DNA of 32,000 nt from Dickeya solani IPO 2222 (GCF_001644705.1 NZ_CP015137.1:330001-362000), one strand, 5' to 3'. Numbered from the stretch's first letter, positions 1-10,646 are shown. Notes: generated by a model not told the origin, from the letters alone. Numbers and translations: made by a program.

Positions 1-1915
1 GCACCTTGCGATAATTGCTTTCCAGGTTTTTCACAACAACCTGGTGCTGACCAATCAACTGGTCAACCAGCAAAGCATAACGACGGCCGGCACTCTGCAG
101 AATAACAACGATACCCTGCGTGGCATCCGTTTTTGCTCCGGCGACATCGAACACCTGATACAGCTCAATCAGTGGCAGATATTCGCCACGAACCTGCAGT
201 ACACGCTCCCCTCCAGCCAGAGGATACAAATCCTCGGCCTGCGGCTGCAGGGACTCCATGACAGCGTTAAGCGGCAGGATAAATACATCATTATTGACCT
301 TGACCGACATCCCATCCAAGATCGCCAGCGTCAACGGCAGAAGAATGCGAATGGTGGTTCCCTTCCCTTTCACGAAATGAATTTCAACATGCCCACCCAT
401 CTCCTGGATATTCCGTTTCACCACATCCATGCCAACGCCACGACCCGACACATCGGTCACTTTCTCGGCAGTAGAAAAACCGGGAGCAAAAATCAGCATG
501 CCGACGTCTTCATCAGTCATGCTATCACTCACCGCCATCCCTTGGGACAAGGCTTTAGCCAGGATACGTTCGCGATTCAGACCCGCGCCGTCGTCAATCA
601 CTTCGATACAGATATTGCCGCCCTGATGTTCTGCAGACAGCGTCAGGTTGCCCACAGCCGATTTGCCCGCCTCAATACGCTTTTCCGGTGACTCGATACC
701 ATGGTCGAGACTGTTACGCACAAGGTGCGTCAACGGGTCAATAATGCGTTCGATCAGGCTCTTATCCAGCTCGGTTGAACTCCCCAACTGGGTCAGTTCA
801 ACTTCTTTGCCCAGTTTGGCGGCCAGATCGCGAACCAGACGCGGGAAACGGCTGAATACATATTCCATCGGCATCATACGGATGGACATCACGGACTCTT
901 GCAGGTCACGCGCGTTTCTTTCCAGCTGCCCCATGCTATTAAGCAGATCACCATGGGCGACCGGATCGAGAGCACTGGAACGCTGAGCCAGCATGGATTG
1001 AGTAATCACCAGTTCACCAACCAGGTTAATGAGCTGGTCAACTTTTTCTACCGCTACACGGATACTGGTATCACCGGTTTTTTGTCTGCCTTTGGCTGCG
1101 TCATTGCCGCCTGCCGGCTTGGCCACCGGTGCAACCGCCGCCACTGGCGCAACAGGCTGAACGGGTGCAGCAGGCGCTGGCTCGGCCGCCGTAGCAATTG
1201 GCGGAACAGCGTCGGCTGGCGGCGCCTCAGCAACAGATTTGAAGTTAATTTGCTCCGGCTCCAGCACAAAGCACAGCACAGCGCTGATGTCATCTTCGCT
1301 GGCCGACGTTTCCAGCGTTAGTTCAACACTGTTGCTGGTCTGCGCCGTATCTTTCACCGTACCCAGATTACCCAGCTCTTCAATCAACTGGGGAATATCT
1401 GACTCTTTCAGGCTGGTAAGGGCAATACGCAATCCCGAATGACCACCGGCGGGAGCCGGTGCACGGGATGCGGAACCCGGTTGTTCAGCCTCTACTTTGA
1501 CAGGGGCGGCTCCGGCAGCATCATCGTCTTTGGACTCCAGAGCAAGCTGGCGCAGAGCCTGACAGATATACTCAAAGCTTTCGGCGTTGGGCTCTTGCGA
1601 GGTTTTGTAAGCATCCAACTGATCCTGCATGATATCTTTGGTTTCCAAAAACAGGTTGATAATATCAGTGCTCAATCGCATTTCACCGCGTCTGGCACCA
1701 TCCAACAGGTTTTCTAATATGTGTGTAGTTTCCTGCAATACTTTGAAACCGAACGTTCCCGCGCCCCCTTTAATCGAGTGAGCAGCGCGAAATATGGCAT
1801 TCATCTGTTCCGTATCGGGCGCTAACGGATCAAGCTGCAATAAATGCTGCTCCATGTCCGCCAACAATTCATCTGCTTCATCAAAGAATGTTTGATAAAA
1901 AGCACTCATGTCCAT
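1..1915 (-). CDS. cheA: Chemotaxis histidine kinase CheA (3' end cut by window edge)
   Basis: Absent from the ORF track because the frame leaves the window at position 1. Reverse-complement from ATG 1915..1913 reads MDMSAFYQTFFDEADELLADMEQHLLQLDP (CheA P1/HPt N-terminus as in E. coli). The same frame at 118..1 reads QGIVVILQSAGRRYALLVDQLIGQHQVVVKNLESNYRKV (CheW-like P5 domain). 1915 and 118 are both 1 mod 3, so the two ends are in frame. The middle was not translated by hand. Start lies 11 nt after the motB stop. Confidence 0.9.
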   Translation of the reverse strand, partial: MDMSAFYQTFFDEADELLADMEQHLLQLDPLAPDTEQMNAIFRAAHSIKGGAGTFGFKVLQETTHILENLLDGARRGEMRLSTDIINLFLETKDIMQDQLDAYKTSQEPNAESFEYICQALRQLALESKDDDAAGAAPVKVEAEQPGSASRAPAPAGGHSGLRIALTSLKESDIPQLIEELGNLGTVKDTAQTSNSVELTLETSASEDDISAVLCFVLEPEQINFKSVAEAPPADAVPPIATAAEPAPAAPVQPVAPVAAVAPVAKPAGGNDAAKGRQKTGDTSIRVAVEKVDQLINLVGELVITQSMLAQRSSALDPVAHGDLLNSMGQLERNARDLQESVMSIRMMPMEYVFSRFPRLVRDLAAKLGKEVELTQLGSSTELDKSLIERIIDPLTHLVRNSLDHGIESPEKRIEAGKSAVGNLTLSAEHQGGNICIEVIDDGAGLNRERILAKALSQGMAVSDSMTDEDVGMLIFAPGFSTAEKVTDVSGRGVGMDVVKRNIQEMGGHVEIHFVKGKGTTIRILLPLTLAILDGMSVKVNNDVFILPLNAVMESLQPQAEDLYPLAGGERVLQVRGEYLPLIELYQVFDVAGAKTDATQGIVVILQSAGRRYALLVDQLIGQHQVVVKNLESNYRKV

Positions 1916-1926
1916 ACTCACGTGGG

Positions 1927-3057
1927 TCACCTCTGCTGTGAATCGCGGCTTGTTGAAGAAGGTGTCGCCTGGCTATCAGGTGCTGCTGGCAAGGCTGTAG
2001 TAGGCTGCCGACGTCCTGTCGTCGACGCGCCATTCGCCCCCGATGCCGGCGCCGTCGTTACCGGTGCCTGAGCAGGTGCCACAGTTGAGCCAGATGCAGG
2101 CGCCCCATTAGTTTCGGGCTGTGGTGTAGCCGTACTGTTACCGTTATCGGCAGGCGCGGTAGCAGGTTTGGCCTTTTCCATCCCCATATTTTGTAAATTC
2201 TCTATTTTATCAATGTTTACTGCACTGCTTTCAGCATTTTCACGTTCGATGTTTTCCTGCGCCTGCTTGTTCAGGACAACCAGACTGATTCGCCGGTTGA
2301 TGGCATCACTGCCTCCCTTCGCCTGCTTTAAATTCATCGTGTCGGCCATACCAACTACGCGTAAAACCTTACCTTCAGCCAGTCCACCTATAATCAGTTC
2401 GCGCCGGGAAGCATTAGCACGTTCGGCCGACAATTCCCAGTTACTGTAGCCCCGCTCCCCCATTGCATACTGTGCATCATCAGTATGGCCCGATAAACTG
2501 ATTTTATTGGGGATATCATTCAAAATCGGCGCGATGGCTCGCAAAATATCGCTCATGTAGGGCTCAACCTGGGCGCTGCCGGTTTTAAACATTGGGCGAT
2601 TGTTGCTGTCAATAATTTGAATGCGCAGCCCCTCATCCACCATTTCAATCAACAGGTGCGGGCGCAACGCTTTAAGACGGGGATCGGCTTCAATCAACTG
2701 ATCGAGCCGCTCCCGCAGTTTGTTCAGTTTGATTTCTTCAAGACGGCCATCCATGGTGTCGATCTGCCGTTTCACATCGCCTTCTTGCTGAGTCGGATCC
2801 GAACCGCCGCCAGGGATAGGGTTGGAGGCGTCACTCATCTTCGGGCCGGACGTGATGGCAATTTTCAATGGTGTGCGGAAATATTCGGCAATCTGGGCCA
2901 ATTGAGAAGGTGAGGAAATGGCGATCAGCCACATGACCAAGAAGAGAGCCATCATGGCGGTCATGAAGTCGGCATAAGCAATCTTCCATGAACCACCATG
3001 ATGAGCGGCATGCCCCGATTTACGTTTTTTGCGGATAATGGGATGCTGGTGTTTCAT
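1927..3057 (-). CDS. motB: Flagellar stator protein MotB with an extended Ala/Pro/Thr-rich C-terminal tail
   Basis: ORF track, 376 aa. N-terminus [41 protein letters not shown] matches the MotB TM/plug region including the conserved Asp. OmpA-like core (ISLSGHTDD...NWELSAERA...RRISLVV). ATGA overlap with the motA stop at 3054-3057. Confidence 0.95.
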   Translation of the reverse strand: MKHQHPIIRKKRKSGHAAHHGGSWKIAYADFMTAMMALFLVMWLIAISSPSQLAQIAEYFRTPLKIAITSGPKMSDASNPIPGGGSDPTQQEGDVKRQIDTMDGRLEEIKLNKLRERLDQLIEADPRLKALRPHLLIEMVDEGLRIQIIDSNNRPMFKTGSAQVEPYMSDILRAIAPILNDIPNKISLSGHTDDAQYAMGERGYSNWELSAERANASRRELIIGGLAEGKVLRVVGMADTMNLKQAKGGSDAINRRISLVVLNKQAQENIERENAESSAVNIDKIENLQNMGMEKAKPATAPADNGNSTATPQPETNGAPASGSTVAPAQAPVTTAPASGANGASTTGRRQPTTALPAAPDSQATPSSTSRDSQQR

Positions 3058-3941
3058 GCGTCATTTTCCGATGCCTGCTGTGCCGGTGCCTTCACATTAC
3101 GAATATGCTCTTCCATCTCGGTAAATGAAGGACGCACTGTTGAATAAAGGGTTTTACGACCGAATTCAACAGCAATCTGTGGCGCATAACCGTTCAGGCT
3201 GGATAACAGCGTCACCTTGATACACTGAAGGACTTTGAGCTTCTCCGAGTTTTTCTGGCGTAACAGCGCCGCCAGCGGCGACACAAAACCATAAGCCAGC
3301 AAAATACCCAGGAACGTACCCACCATCGCATGGGCGATCATCATCCCCAGCTCTGCGGCAGGACGATCAACAAACGCCAATGAATGCACAACCCCCATGA
3401 CCGCCGCCACGATACCGAATGCCGGCAAACCATCCCCCATTAGGTTCAGACTGGTGGCCGGCACTTCAACTTCATGCTCGACAGTTTCGATCTCTTCATC
3501 CATCAGCGTTTCGATTTCAAACGCATTCATGTTGCCGCTGACCATCAGTCGCAGATAATCCGTGACGAATTCTACGATATAGTCATCAGAAAGGATGCGG
3601 GGATAATTGGAGAAAATCTCACTCTCTTTTGGGTTGTCAATATCAAACTCCAACGAGAGCATGCCCTGCTGACGGGACTTGGCCATCAGCCGGAATAATA
3701 CCGCCATCAGATCCATGTATACGGCTTTCGTATATTGGGATCCTTTCAACAGCGTTGGAAGCGCTTTCAGCGTCGCTTTGATCGCTTTTCCGTTGTTACC
3801 AACAATGAACGCACCTGCAGCCGCGCCACCAATAATCAACAGTTCCGAAGGCTGATACAACGCCCCCAACTCGCCACCCACGATAAGATAACCGCCAAGT
3901 ATGGAGCCTATAGTGACAAGATAACCCAATATAACCAGCAC
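3054..3941 (-). CDS. motA: Flagellar stator protein MotA
   Basis: ORF track, 295 aa. [62 protein letters not shown] is near-colinear with E. coli MotA as I remember it. Confidence 0.95.
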   Translation of the reverse strand: MLVILGYLVTIGSILGGYLIVGGELGALYQPSELLIIGGAAAGAFIVGNNGKAIKATLKALPTLLKGSQYTKAVYMDLMAVLFRLMAKSRQQGMLSLEFDIDNPKESEIFSNYPRILSDDYIVEFVTDYLRLMVSGNMNAFEIETLMDEEIETVEHEVEVPATSLNLMGDGLPAFGIVAAVMGVVHSLAFVDRPAAELGMMIAHAMVGTFLGILLAYGFVSPLAALLRQKNSEKLKVLQCIKVTLLSSLNGYAPQIAVEFGRKTLYSTVRPSFTEMEEHIRNVKAPAQQASENDA

Positions 3942-4075
3942 AAGAATTCCTTATAGATAGTAAAAGGGTGGCGGAGAGAGTTATAAATGCAGTCTTACCA
4001 ACGACTTATTTGGAGGGAATACTGCCATCGGGCAATGAACACGCGATGACAGAACCACAAAATCGCCATCAGGCC

Positions 4076-4657
4076 TCAGACTGCATGTTTAACCTGTTCG
4101 TCCAGCAGCTGAGGTATCATATCGGCAACACTCGGCGAAAGTTTACGTCTTTTTACTGCTCTGGAAGGTGGCTGGCATAAACTGCAGACAAAACTATTCT
4201 TGGGCTGATGTGCGTGGGTGATGAACATCCCTTTGCAGCAATTACACGAGGACAGTTGCAGCATGCCGCTATCCACGAAACGGACCAATGTCCAGGCGCG
4301 GGTCAACGCCAGCAAAGGTACGTCGCTTTGGGGAGCACATTGTTCGAGGTAAAGGCGATAAGCCTTGATTACTGCCTCGACACCGGTGCATTGTCCATTT
4401 TTGAGCAAAAACAGATAGGCGTTATAGAACATGGAAGAATGGATATTCTGTTCCCATGTCATGAACCAGTCGGTGGAAAACGGCAGCATTCCTTTGGGCG
4501 GAGGGCTACCCCGTAATTCTTTATAAAGCTTGATTAAGCGACCGCGGCTTAATTGCGTCTCGCTTTCCAGCATCTGTAGACGAGCTCCCAGTGAAATGAG
4601 CTCCATCGCCAGTTGGATATCCTTAGCTTCCTGAACAATACTTTTCTCCGCCATCAT
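4076..4657 (-). CDS. flhC: Flagellar master regulator subunit FlhC
   Basis: ORF track, 193 aa. [67 protein letters not shown] and the Zn-site cysteines CNCC...CSLC match FlhC. Overlaps the flhD stop by 1 nt. Confidence 0.96.
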   Translation of the reverse strand: MMAEKSIVQEAKDIQLAMELISLGARLQMLESETQLSRGRLIKLYKELRGSPPPKGMLPFSTDWFMTWEQNIHSSMFYNAYLFLLKNGQCTGVEAVIKAYRLYLEQCAPQSDVPLLALTRAWTLVRFVDSGMLQLSSCNCCKGMFITHAHQPKNSFVCSLCQPPSRAVKRRKLSPSVADMIPQLLDEQVKHAV

Positions 4658-5007
4658 TATGCCCTTTTCTTAGGCAAGCCTTCTTCTTTTGAAGACAGCT
4701 CTTGTAATAAATGACTCGACAATAAAATACCGGTATGAATCTGTTGCAGATCGTCAACCCGGGATTCTTGTGTTAGTAGCTTAATCGTATTGTGATCACT
4801 GAAGCGGAAATGGCATATTAGCTGGTTGGTTTCAGCGAGCTTTACCATTTGCGGCAAAGTCAGCTGCATCAATGCCTCGGCCATTTCGTTATTGACACCC
4901 AACCGGAACATCGCTGATGCTTTTTCGTCGTTTATTAATCGCTGAGCCAGTAACAAATAAGACAAATTTATGTCATAAATGTGCTTGAGCAATTCAGAGG
5001 TACCCAT
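4657..5007 (-). CDS. flhD: Flagellar master regulator subunit FlhD
   Basis: ORF track, 116 aa. [66 protein letters not shown] matches FlhD. Confidence 0.96.
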   Translation of the reverse strand: MGTSELLKHIYDINLSYLLLAQRLINDEKASAMFRLGVNNEMAEALMQLTLPQMVKLAETNQLICHFRFSDHNTIKLLTQESRVDDLQQIHTGILLSSHLLQELSSKEEGLPKKRA

Positions 5008-5317
5008 ATTCCCATCCCGACAGACTATGTTTCAAACATAAGTTAGGTGATAGACTGCTCACCCGCTAAACAATCACTCTCCATAGGTGGCATGAAAACT
5101 ATCGGTGCCAGATGATTCTACTACTTTATAATCTTCTAATATGACGAAAAATACAGCATCAACATTGATGCGTCTGAGGCTCCATCTCTTCATAACTCCA
5201 GGCTCATCCTTTCTCTGTATTGCGTCCAACATAGAACGTAGGATTAATCCTAATCCTCAGCCACTGTACCGCCTTCGGCCTAACTCATACAACGCAGGCA
5301 TATCAGCATTTTGATAA

Positions 5318-5339
5318 TTATGTGACCTTGATCACAAAA
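5318..5339 (-). promoter_or_regulatory. CRP-cAMP binding site upstream of flhDC
   Basis: ttaTGTGAccttgaTCACAaaa: both half-sites are perfect (TGTGA 5321-5325, N6, TCACA 5332-5336). The centre lies ~320 bp upstream of the flhD ATG in a ~620-bp AT-rich intergenic region. E. coli flhDC is CRP-activated from a site upstream of a long 5' UTR. Confidence 0.7.
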
Positions 5340-5629
5340 ATGAAAGAGGCAAAACATAATATTTCACTGATTTTTGCCCTGCTGTGAAATTTTCCTGAAC
5401 ACAATATGATCACAACAGGAGAAAAAAACTCCCCACAATAGAATTCCGTCAAGCACAATAAAATCAATCAATTGATTTTAAAAGTAAAAAATCAACATAC
5501 CGGCTTATCAGATTAACCCCCGACTCTACAACCACTTTGGATTACATTAATAACTCTAATCTTATCACCTGAGTTACTATTTCAATAGTGTATTTTATGT
5601 CCATATAAAGAAACACAAGGGCCAATTTC

Positions 5630-6151
5630 ATGCTGGATTTTGAGTATTTCAAACCGGCAAGAATCCTGTTTGGACCAGGTAAACTGGCGGAGATTGTCAA
5701 ATACATTCTGGAAAACGCCCGCATACTAATAACTTATGGCGGAGACAGCGGCAAAAAATATAGCACGCTGGATGAAATCCGACAGACATTAACCCATTAT
5801 ACCTGCTTCGAACTCGGCAGTATTGACCCCAACCCGCAATATGCGACGTTGATATGCGCAATCAACGCCGTGAAGATGAACAAGATTGATTTTTTGCCGG
5901 CGCCAGGTGGTGGCTCGGTGGTCGACGGAAGAAAATTTATCGCGGCCGCGAGCACACAGGATGATATCTGGAATACCTGGCTTGCCAAAGCGCCAATCCA
6001 GTCTGCACTGATCGGGGGGAGTGATAACATTGCCGACGACCGGCTCAGAAATGAACGCAACCACCGTAGTATTCCACAAATAATCCGGTGCCAAATATGC
6101 CGTTTCCGGGCACGCACCTTACCGTTTTTAGACATCCGTCACGCCGATTAA
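5630..6151 (+). pseudogene. Iron-containing (YqhD/butanol-dehydrogenase-like) alcohol dehydrogenase, frameshifted and truncated
   Basis: The first ~128 codons look like group III ADH (FEYFKPARILFGPGKL...ITYGGDSGKK...DPNPQYATL...DFLPAPGGGSVVDGRKFIAAA). After the G6 run at 6014-6019, homology continues in the +1 frame (VITLPTTGSEMNATTVVFHK), which stops at TAA 6081-6083. Only ~170 of an expected ~385 codons remain. Confidence 0.75.
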
Positions 6152-6236
6152 TTGTCTAATAATTGAAATATATAAATAACAGGATCTGATATGCCTCTGC
6201 CGCCAGATTCGTGATCGACATCGCATTGAAATTCAT

Positions 6237-6262
6237 GAATGTTTCACATTATATGCCGATGT
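6237..6262 (+). promoter_or_regulatory. Candidate FliA (sigma28) class III promoter for the MCP gene
   Basis: GAATGTTT-N10-GCCGATGT versus the consensus TAAAGTTT-N11-GCCGATAA (6/8 in each element). It sits ~120 nt upstream of the MCP start codon. Confidence 0.45.
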
Positions 6263-6384
6263 TAGATTATGTTGGTATTTTGAGTACGGATCGCCACACA
6301 GCTGTTTCCAGAAACAAAAAACACCCAAACTACACCTACGCGTAGTACGGTTGATGCACATATATTTTTCCTGAAAATGAGCGA

Positions 6385-8112
6385 ATGGATATGAAAATGA
6401 TGTCAAAGTCTGAACAACAGGGTAAAACCGGCATATTGGGTAATCTTGGACTGGTGCCGTTATTTGTCCTCATTCTGGGCGGGATCATGTTGCTATTCGC
6501 CCTGGCCATCGGTACCTCCAGCTATTTTCTGGTGCGCGCCAATGAGAGTCTGGACTACGTTACTCAGGAAATTGACGTCCGCCTTGGGCTGTCAAACAGT
6601 TCCAATCATCTCAGAACCGCCCGTCTGCTCATTATCCAGGCCGGCGCCGCCGTTCGTGTCGGAGACACGGATGTATTCAATAACAACCTGAAGCAGGCAG
6701 AGCAGCGCATTGCCTCGTCGAAGGACGCCTTCAAAGTTTATGAGAACCGGGCCGTCAAAACCGACACGGATCTGGCGCTGGAGCCGGAACTGAATAAGGC
6801 TTATAACGATTACGTCGAAAAAGGCATCATGCCGATGCTTAAGGCGGCGAAAGATGGTTATTTCGAAGAAATCCTGACGCACGAATCGGAAGAGGTGCGG
6901 GTTCTGGACGAGGCCTACAATAAACCATTGCTGAAAGCGATTGCCTTTCGTACCGAACGTGCCAAATCGCTTAATAGTAATGCGCAGTATCAGGCCATGA
7001 TGGGCTATACGCTGATGGCCGTCAGCTTCGCTATTGCCATTGCCATGACCCTGCTGACCTTCCTGTTCTTGCGCGGTACGCTGATTAAGCCGATGAACCG
7101 TCTGGTGCAACGCATTCAGCGCATCGCTCATGGCGACCTGACCCAGCCCAACGAAGTCTATGGTAAGAACGAAATCGGCATTCTGAGCCAGAATATCCAG
7201 CAGATGCAGGCATCGCTGGTGCAGACGGTTTCCACTGTGCGCGACAGCGCGGACTCCATTTATCAGGGAACCACCGAAATCACGGCCGGTAACAGCGACC
7301 TCTCCTCCCGTACCGAGCAGCAAGCGGCAGCGATTGAAGAGACCGCCGCCAGCATGGAACAGTTGACCGCGACCGTAAAACAGAACTCCGATAACGCGCA
7401 CCATGCCAGCCAGCTAGCGTCTAATGCCTCCGGTAAGGCCAAGCAAGGGGGCGAAATCGTCGAAAATGTAGTTAACACCATGAACAGCATTTCCGGCAGC
7501 TCACGGAAAATTTCTGAAATCACCAACGTGATCAACAGCATCGCCTTCCAGACCAACATCCTGGCGTTGAACGCCGCGGTAGAAGCGGCGCGTGCCGGCG
7601 AACAAGGCCGGGGATTTGCGGTAGTGGCGGGAGAAGTACGCAGTCTGGCACAGCGCAGCGCCCAGGCAGCCAAAGAAATTGAAGGCCTGATCTCCGAGTC
7701 CGTTTCTCTGGTTCATAGCGGTTCAGAACAGGTCGATAAGGCGGGTCAAACCATGCACGAAATCGTTCAGGCAGTGAGCAGCGTGACCGACATTATGAAT
7801 GAAATCGCTTCCGCCTCGGACGAGCAAAGTCGTGGCATCACTCAGGTCGGGCAGGCAATCTCCGAGATGGATAGCGTTACGCAACAAAACGCCGCGCTGG
7901 TGCAGCAGGCATCTGCCGCCGCCGCATCGCTCGAAGAACAGGCGATGGTGCTGACTCGCGCGGTATCCGCCTTCAAACTCACCGGCCATCGCCAGGATAA
8001 GGCTTACGCCCCGGCCCCCCTTGCGTCGAAACCGCTGTTGGCTACGTCAACTGCTGCGCTGAGTTCCTCTTCCAGCGCTAAACCCGGCAACGATAACTGG
8101 GAAACCTTCTGA
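6385..8112 (+). CDS. Methyl-accepting chemotaxis protein (Tar/Tsr-type, four-helix-bundle sensor, HAMP, C-terminal NWETF tether)
   Basis: ORF track, 575 aa. Two TM segments flank a ~160-aa periplasmic domain. HAMP region ([22 protein letters not shown]). Conserved signalling hairpin ([24 protein letters not shown]...[41 protein letters not shown]). It ends in NWETF, the CheR/CheB-docking pentapeptide. The exact start among the four N-terminal Met codons is uncertain. Confidence 0.93.
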   Translation: MDMKMMSKSEQQGKTGILGNLGLVPLFVLILGGIMLLFALAIGTSSYFLVRANESLDYVTQEIDVRLGLSNSSNHLRTARLLIIQAGAAVRVGDTDVFNNNLKQAEQRIASSKDAFKVYENRAVKTDTDLALEPELNKAYNDYVEKGIMPMLKAAKDGYFEEILTHESEEVRVLDEAYNKPLLKAIAFRTERAKSLNSNAQYQAMMGYTLMAVSFAIAIAMTLLTFLFLRGTLIKPMNRLVQRIQRIAHGDLTQPNEVYGKNEIGILSQNIQQMQASLVQTVSTVRDSADSIYQGTTEITAGNSDLSSRTEQQAAAIEETAASMEQLTATVKQNSDNAHHASQLASNASGKAKQGGEIVENVVNTMNSISGSSRKISEITNVINSIAFQTNILALNAAVEAARAGEQGRGFAVVAGEVRSLAQRSAQAAKEIEGLISESVSLVHSGSEQVDKAGQTMHEIVQAVSSVTDIMNEIASASDEQSRGITQVGQAISEMDSVTQQNAALVQQASAAAASLEEQAMVLTRAVSAFKLTGHRQDKAYAPAPLASKPLLATSTAALSSSSSAKPGNDNWETF

Positions 8113-8118
8113 TGTATT

Positions 8119-8156
8119 CAGGCCGATGCGGGTGACTGTATCGGCCTGTTTATTTG
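8119..8156 (+). terminator. Rho-independent terminator after the MCP gene
   Basis: 9-bp stem caggccgat (8119-8127) / atcggcctg (8140-8148), 12-nt loop, followed by tttatttg. Confidence 0.7.
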
Positions 8157-8350
8157 TCTGCAGGTTGACGCGGCTCAACAAAGACCCCTTCCGGGCTGTT
8201 AAGCTCATTGAAGAACCAGATCCCTTCGGGGTAGTTCTCTAATGCAATCAGATACATGATGCCTTCCTGAAACGGCTCCACCGCCAGAATGACTCCTTCT
8301 CTGCGTACGTCGCCATCAGTCTTTACTGTAACCACATCATTCACGTTCAA
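8150..8350 (-). CDS. Small conserved-looking hypothetical protein (66 aa)
   Basis: ORF track. Strong SD (gaaagaGGTGgacgaATG when read on the minus strand). No signal peptide. Family not recognised. Confidence 0.55.
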   Translation of the reverse strand: MNVNDVVTVKTDGDVRREGVILAVEPFQEGIMYLIALENYPEGIWFFNELNSPEGVFVEPRQPADK

Positions 8351-8529
8351 TCGTCCACCTCTTTCTCTCTTGTCCCAGCCCTACCGTAGAACCCATACGA
8401 CAACACTTATGCCAATACGCCGACGGTATTGTCAAACTCAGGAGTGGAAGTGAGGATGATATGACTGAACATCTCTTTTCCTTTATTTCTATTTCACCCT
8501 CCAGACTCGGCCATCAGTCAAACACACCA

Positions 8530-8784
8530 TTAATAATGGTGATCACCATCAATAATAGTGGTCACCATCGCCATGCTGATCGCAATCAATACCAGGTCGT
8601 TAATGGGTGAATGGACAACCCCCAGATGTTCACCCTGCTTATGTGGGTTATCGCGTTGCCATTGATAATCGGGTCCATCATTGCCCGGCCCTTTCTCACC
8701 GGGCTCTGCCGATACCGGAACCGAAATCGAAAAAACAGAGGTAGCCAGCGCCATTACCAACACAGAAATAGGGGATGTAGACAT
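8530..8784 (-). CDS. Small secreted protein of unknown function (start moved to the internal Met)
   Basis: From Met25 of the track ORF: MSTSPISVLVMALATSVFSISVPVSA|EPGEKG has a signal-peptide shape, with aagg 8 nt upstream. The C-terminal DLVLIAISMAMVTTIIDG is only vaguely RcnB-like, so no family is claimed. Confidence 0.4.
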   Translation of the reverse strand: MSTSPISVLVMALATSVFSISVPVSAEPGEKGPGNDGPDYQWQRDNPHKQGEHLGVVHSPINDLVLIAISMAMVTTIIDGDHHY

Positions 8785-9122
8785 GGTGCAGCCTTTATGA
8801 AAATGGAAACCACAAGGAATATATATAGCGTGAATATCCGGACGAATAGAGAACATCTCAGTTTTTATCTTTCGGTATACTGGTACATCAGCACAGCATT
8901 CTCGCCACCGACAGATAAATATATCGCCACTCTCCTTTAAAACACCGTTTCATCTGAATTGCTGTTTTTCTGATATCACCGACGCCACCTTGCCTGACAT
9001 GCTTTTATAATCACCACGGTGAATAGTTTTATGAACATGCAATTCAACCGCTATGTTCACGGTATAACGCAAGACTTGCCTGGCTCAGGTTTACGCTTGC
9101 CGGCGATGGCGCTCTGGTTTAG

Positions 9123-10646
9123 ATGCGGAATCCCCTCATCCCGCGATGCGTGATGAAAAAGGTTCGCGATATTTTTCCTCCTTCTGCCTGTGATACGAAG
9201 ATAGGTAACATGATTTTGAATACAGCCAGACAGCTGTTGAGTACACTGAGAAACACCTCCTGGTACAAAAAACGTCATTCCAACCGTGTCCTGTTCTGGC
9301 GTGAAATTACGCCATTGGCGGTCCCCATTTTTATCGAAGGGCTGTGTGTCGTGCTGATGGGGATCTTCAGCACTTTTCTGGTCAGTTGGCTTGGCAAAGA
9401 AGCTATGGCCGCCGTAGGGCTGGCTGACAGCTTCAACATGCTGATTATTGCGTTTTTCACCGCAGTCGCGTTGGGGACTGCCGTCGTAGTGGCGTTCAGT
9501 CTTGGTCAACGTAATCGTAAACAGGCCCGGCAAGCTGCACGGCAATCGATCTCATTATTGGTGCTGATCTCCTTGCTGTTGGTGGGATTGGTGGAATTTG
9601 CCGGCCAACTCATCATCGACCTGATTGCCTATAATGCCGAACCGGCCGTGAAATCACTGGCGCTGACATTCCTGCGCCTTACCGTATGGGGTTACCCGGC
9701 GTTGGCTATTACACTGGTCGGTTGCGGCGCATTACGCGGCGCCGGCAACACCCGCTTGCCGATGATCATCAATATCGGGATGAATATCCTGAATATTTTG
9801 CTCAGCGGCGTATTGATTTACGGCATATCCTCATGGCAAGGCGTGGGATTCATTGGCGCGGGGCTGGGGATCACGCTCTCTCGCTATCTGGGCGCATTAT
9901 GTGTCGTACTCGCCCTGACCAAAGGCTTCAACGGCGCGCTGCGCATCCCGTTTCAAAGCTACTTCGCGCCGTTCACCACAATGATTCTCTATGAAGTGCT
10001 CAGTATCGGTATTCCAGCCAGCATCGAATCGGTCATGTTTAATGTGGGAAAATTGATCACCCAGCGCTTTGTCGCCGGCATGGGGACCGAGGTCATCGCA
10101 GGTAACTTTATTGCCTTCTCTATCGCCGCGCTGATTAATCTGCCAGGTAACGCCCTGGGATCAACCGCTACCATCATTGTCGGGTCACGTCTGGGTAAAG
10201 GGCAACGCGTACAACCGGAACGACAACTGAAGTATATCTTCTGGCTTTCCAATGTTGGTCTGTGCGCACTGGCATTGTTCTCTGTGCCTACCGCCGGCTT
10301 GATGGCTTCAATGTATACCAACGAACCTGATGTGATTACGGTGGTTAAACAGTTGATCTGGTTGAACGCATTGTTCATGCCAATATGGGCTGCATCCTGG
10401 GTACTGCCCGCCGGCCTGAAGGGAGCCAAAGACGCCAGCTATACTATGTGGGTCGCGCTGGCTGGTATGTGGGGGTGCCGGGTGATCGCCGGTTATATTC
10501 TGGGCATTATGCTGGGATTTGGGGTGATCGGCGTCTGGATGGGGATGTTTTTTGACTGGATTGTCCGTGGTGCGCTGTTCTATCACCGCATGGTCAGCGG
10601 CAAATGGTTATGGCGCTACAAACCCAAAGTTAACCCGGACAGATAA
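9123..10646 (+). CDS. yeeO: MATE-family efflux transporter, YeeO-like
   Basis: ORF track, 507 aa. LFWREITPLAVPIFIEGLCVVLMGIFSTFLVSWLGKEAMAAVGLADSFNMLIIAFF and much of the rest track my memory of E. coli YeeO. The true start is uncertain (Met at 9123, 9153 or 9210; none has a clear SD). Confidence 0.85.
   Translation: MRNPLIPRCVMKKVRDIFPPSACDTKIGNMILNTARQLLSTLRNTSWYKKRHSNRVLFWREITPLAVPIFIEGLCVVLMGIFSTFLVSWLGKEAMAAVGLADSFNMLIIAFFTAVALGTAVVVAFSLGQRNRKQARQAARQSISLLVLISLLLVGLVEFAGQLIIDLIAYNAEPAVKSLALTFLRLTVWGYPALAITLVGCGALRGAGNTRLPMIINIGMNILNILLSGVLIYGISSWQGVGFIGAGLGITLSRYLGALCVVLALTKGFNGALRIPFQSYFAPFTTMILYEVLSIGIPASIESVMFNVGKLITQRFVAGMGTEVIAGNFIAFSIAALINLPGNALGSTATIIVGSRLGKGQRVQPERQLKYIFWLSNVGLCALALFSVPTAGLMASMYTNEPDVITVVKQLIWLNALFMPIWAASWVLPAGLKGAKDASYTMWVALAGMWGCRVIAGYILGIMLGFGVIGVWMGMFFDWIVRGALFYHRMVSGKWLWRYKPKVNPDR

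Noticed and set aside
44-1717. Plus-strand ORFs 44..691, 648..986, 899..1321, 1439..1717 and others in the first 1.9 kb
   Set aside because: They lie antisense to the clearly recognisable cheA reading frame and have no recognisable motifs. They are shadow ORFs of a GC-rich gene.
3942-4075. Search for a sigma28 promoter upstream of motA
   Set aside because: The best candidate (gcccgatgg, read on the minus strand) matches the -10 element at only 5/8 and has no acceptable -35 element. Not reported.
5466-5477. 12-bp perfect palindrome aatcaattgatt in the flhD-ADH intergenic region
   Set aside because: It is short and AT-rich in an AT-rich region, so chance occurrence is plausible. I cannot tie it to any known regulator consensus.
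5542-5724. 60-aa minus-strand ORF overlapping the start of the ADH pseudogene
   Set aside because: It is AT-rich, has no SD and overlaps a recognisable (if decayed) gene start. Likely spurious.
6592-7989. Minus-strand ORFs inside the MCP gene (6592..7404, 7263..7673, 7723..7989)
   Set aside because: They lie antisense to a full-length MCP with HAMP and signalling motifs. They are shadow ORFs.
9032-9059. 7-bp inverted repeat tgaacat-N14-atgttca upstream of the YeeO-like gene
   Set aside because: The short arms and the uncertain start codon of the downstream gene make a regulatory interpretation unsupported.
9057-9545. 162-aa minus-strand ORF overlapping the start of the YeeO-like gene
   Set aside because: No SD and no recognisable features. 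The opposite strand carries clear MATE transporter similarity.
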